A stretch of 63,471 bases of DNA, counting the filler, from Folioceros fuciformis (lineage: Eukaryota): assembly GCA_049999805.1 (NCBI GenBank). It is 14 parts of 14 records of this genome, joined end to end, with 100 filler letters (N's around TTAATTAATTAA, not from the genome) between each part and the next. Parts side by side here need not be neighbours in the genome. Positions count along the whole stretch, not along the records: positions 60,092 to 62,223 come from JBNGIO010003059.1; positions 62,324 to 63,471 come from JBNGIO010003062.1; 12 more parts are not named here. One strand, given 5' to 3'. The notes under the pieces were generated by a model, which was not told the origin of the DNA, searched no databases, and saw only the letters and a program-made list of their open reading frames with translations. Below, one piece after another: positions 60,092-63,471 of the stretch. The position numbers and the translations under genes were made by a program. Position 1 is the stretch's first letter; the number at the start of each line of letters is the position of its first letter.

Positions 60092-61839
60092 TGAAAAAGT
60101 AGCGAGAGCCTCCAAGGGAGGGCTCATGGATTTTTCCAGATATATCGGCATGCACTAATTCCAGCACTTCTGTGGCTCTGTGTGCAGAGGCATTCGGAAA
60201 AGGTGACTCCTTTTGTTTGGCCAGTATGACGACTCGCAGACAAGTAAATGCTTGAAGCATTTAGGAAGAGGCTCCTTGTGACATTCGGTGACAGACATAT
60301 CAATGAGCTTAGCCCTATTAACGTGACCTAGTCTAGCGTGCCATAACACTGCCTCCTGTTGTGCACTAACTGTATTCAGTGTGGTTGAGTGAGCGACAGG
60401 CTGGGGAACGACACCAGGGCCGCAACTGATGTTCAACTGATACAGATCGTGATCTAAAAATACCTTTGAAGACTCATGTATCTGGGTATGCCTTTCTGTA
60501 GAAGGAGCAGTGGCTAGAATCAGCACGCATACATAAGGTGCGAAGGCGGAGGAGCTGGCTCATGGACATGAGATTTTTAGCCATACTTGGGACATACAAG
60601 ACATCACTCAAACTAAGGTGTGTACCATCTTGCAGCCGAAATATGCAAGTACCTTTGCCATCAATGCGCAGACTGGTTGTACTTTGCTCATCTCCGAGTA
60701 GCACCTTGTCACTAACATGACTAAGGTTAAGGGTAGTAAACAACTCCCTGTCCTTGCAGATATGAGTCGTGGCTCCGGAATCCAAGTACCAGCTGCCATC
60801 ATCGTTTAAGGAACTGGACAAGCACGCAGTAAGAATCTTAACTGGCGCCTTTGTTTCTCCAGAGTTCTTTTCCTTGACAGCAGAGTTTGCCTTTGGCTGT
60901 CGCTGTGGCTCACCTGCCTTCTTTCTTCGGCATTCTCTTGCCCAGTGGCCAGGGGTGCCACACCAGTTGCACAATCCTGGTCTCTTAGCTGAACTGCTGG
61001 ATGGAATAGTCCGCCCAAAAAAAGCCTCCAGGTCCAGCCTGGTTACTTTCCCCTTTGAATTTCCCCTTTCCTTTGAGAAAACGAGAATTCACAGCTAACA
61101 CTCGCTCTGCCTTGTTCTTAGGAACATGACCAGAGAGAGTGCGTGCCTGTTCTTCCTGGTAGAGAGCGCCAATGATGTCCTCAACAGTGGGGGCAGCAGT
61201 AGCGACAGCTCCAGCAGCAGCAGGCTTAACAGGGCCATTCTGGGCTGTGACGAAATTCTGATATGAGGGTGGGAGGCTAATAAGGAGCTGGGATACAGCT
61301 TCGACTTCCGGCATCTTATTTCCAGTCAGCGACGTGATCTGGGCACGCAGATGTCGGAACTTGCTGGTATGGACAGCAGTCTTCTCTCCCTCCTTCATTT
61401 TCAAGGCGTAAAATTCCATTCTTACAGCAGATAGGGACATCATGTTAGTTGAGTGATAAGTGGTTTCTAACTGATGCCATACGGCCTCTGCTGTGTCCAA
61501 GAACTCAATATCAGGCACAAGATCTGCATCCAGGCCATTGATAAGGATAGCCATGGCAATTCCATTGTGATGTAGCCACTTGGCGTGGTTGTCAGGGTCT
61601 GTGGTCGGATCAGGTTTCTTGAATGTGCCATCTAGGACTGGCCAGAAGCCATGAGCCGACATTATGGCTTTCATGCGCACTCTCCATATAAGGTAACCAC
61701 TTCCCTTGAAGCGATCCTTCTCTTTTAACTCAGAAGTAAAAGTTAATGTAGGACTTGTAGGGCTTGGAGCAGCCATCACAGATAAAGGGGAATACAACCA
61801 GGAAAAGTAGTCGTCAATGTCAAAATCACTAAAGGACAT
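60092..61839 (-). mobile_element. Copia (lineage B-like) gag, protease, GAG-pre-integrase, integrase start
   Basis: ELKEKDRFKGSGY, CNWCGTPGHWAREC, WYLDSGAT, LWHARLGH and LELVHADISG, with frameshifts. Confidence 0.9.
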
Positions 61840-62499
61840 ATGTGACTACCTTGCAGAGAAGAATCCTAACATGATCCTGCCCTGCATTGTCCTATTTTAT
61901 GCAATAATCTGAAGATCTGATTAGTGTAGTGTAGGAGAGGAGGTTGGAGGGTTTAACAAGAGGCAGGGGATAGTAAGAAGTTATGTCCTCCTAATGTTAA
62001 ACTCCTCAACTTCTTTTCAGACACTAGTAAACTGTTGTGCTTATAGGCATAACCCTAAAAACATGTCGTTTCAAGAAACTAAAATGAAAAATTAGGGTTC
62101 AAGCTAACCGCCACATCTTTGTCAGATGAACGGACACCTACAGGTGGACAAATCAAGAAACAAGCAAGCACAGTCCGTGAGGAGGCGCGTTTCACATCGT
62201 GCCTCTTCAGATCCTGGTTGGAGNNNNNNNNNNNNNNNNNNNNNNNNNNNNNNNNNNNNNNNNNNNNTTAATTAATTAANNNNNNNNNNNNNNNNNNNNN
62301 NNNNNNNNNNNNNNNNNNNNNNNTGCCTACGCCTATCGGCCTTCCGCGCGTACTCGACACTTGTCAGGGGCCACACAAGTCAGAGTGAACTAATTCAAGC
62401 AAAGCCTTAGCTCAAGTATGATCCTTATCTATATGTGGCAGCTTGTGATGCTTGCCATAGATACATGATTCACAGAAAAGCTTGGGTTGTGGCATATAT

Positions 62500-63060
62500 G
62501 ATCTTCAGTGGTTCCCTGTACAAATTTCCTTCAGCTGCTTGCTTCTTCATACACCAAAAAGAATGGCACATGCTTTGTCGTCACTTTGTAGCAAGTTCGA
62601 TTGGAACAAATATTGATCCCATTCTTGCTACCTCTTAAACAACTGATGCTTGATATTCCTCACTAGGATCTTGTTGGAAATCTCAACTTGACCATAGGTG
62701 TCAATGTCATAGGATGCTTAAAATCACCTGGCTAACCTACCCTTTGACATGAGTCACAAGTCCTAACATATTTATGGGCATCCTTAAATAAAGTTGGCCA
62801 CCAATACCCCACAAATTAAAAAATTGCTTGTTATACTCTATCCTGCAAAATGCCCACCTTAAGCATCATCATGGCAACACTCCAACATTAATTACACCTC
62901 TTTTGCCGTGATGCAACACCTTAGCATGCCATTTGCTCCAAGTTTGTACAACACCTTATCCAATATCATATAAGGGGCTCCTTTGAAAGGAGTCTCTTGC
63001 ACTATGCCTTACTGAATTCCTTCGGGCAACTTCTTTATTGTAAATACTTGTCGTGCTTCT
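62500..63060 (-). mobile_element. Decayed Gypsy integrase zinc-binding region
   Basis: Minus strand reads VLYKLGANGMLRCC...CH..GGHF...GYWWPTLFKDAHKYVRTCDSCQRVG, related to 430-660. Confidence 0.75.
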
Positions 63061-63211
63061 AGAGATCTCGCCTTTCAACATCTGAATATACAAAACTCCA
63101 GACCATTCAAACTTATATATTTTATATATATATTTAGCATACATTCAAGTATATATGGGGTGGCTAGCCCCTATATTGACATATGCGTATATTCTTGCAA
63201 CAGTGCACATC

Positions 63212-63471
63212 GATGCCTCCCCTTGGGTGCTTCCTCCCCATCGTGCACACCAAGGCTGCTGGTCATCTTTCCACTCTTTGGTGGCTCACTTCACATGAGA
63301 TTGATGAAAGGAGCAGCTTCTCTGCCCCCCCTCTCTCAATGTGAGTGGGTGATCACAGTTCACAATACATAGATACCTCCCCTTAGGTCCTTCCTCCCCA
63401 TCGTGCACACCAAGGCAGCTGGTTATCTTTCCACTCTTTGGTGGCTCACTTCACATGAGATCGATGAAAGG
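63212..63471 (+). repeat. 160-bp period tandem duplication running off the window end
   Basis: 63212-63311 is repeated at 63372-63471 with few substitutions. Confidence 0.85.

Noticed and set aside
3422-62323. Thirteen regularly recurring TTAATTAATTAA palindromes as a biological repeat or array
   Set aside because: Each is centred in an identical 100-nt N-padded block, so they are assembly linkers. ORFs containing X runs or ending in LIN are artefacts of them.

Overview
Plant nuclear DNA made of 14 short contigs joined by 13 identical artificial 100-nt spacers (N44-TTAATTAATTAA-N44). A seed-free land plant is inferred from the PLS-class PPR genes, 87-141 nt introns and TTTAGGG-like motifs. 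Most of the window is nested, decayed LTR retrotransposons. They include a Tnt1/Tork-like Copia family with ~270-295 bp LTRs (family A), a second Copia lineage with a distinctive Gag start (lineage B), other Copia pieces, and Gypsy/Tat-like remnants. Recognisable host genes are MOS11/Tho1 (complete, 4 coding exons), nuclear-encoded mitochondrial rpl20 (partial), a germin-like protein 5' end and a receptor-like kinase 3' end. There are also two paralogous PLS-E PPR genes, one intact up to a gap and one pseudogene. Two signals stand out. First, both PPR genes carry an N-terminal OSB-type PDF motif, so a putative organellar ssDNA-binding module is fused to an RNA-editing-type PPR array. Second, four lineage-B Copia copies carry an extra coiled-coil reading frame upstream of gag, Cys/His-containing in the three that keep their PBS. 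All calls come from reading the sequence by eye; no searches were run.
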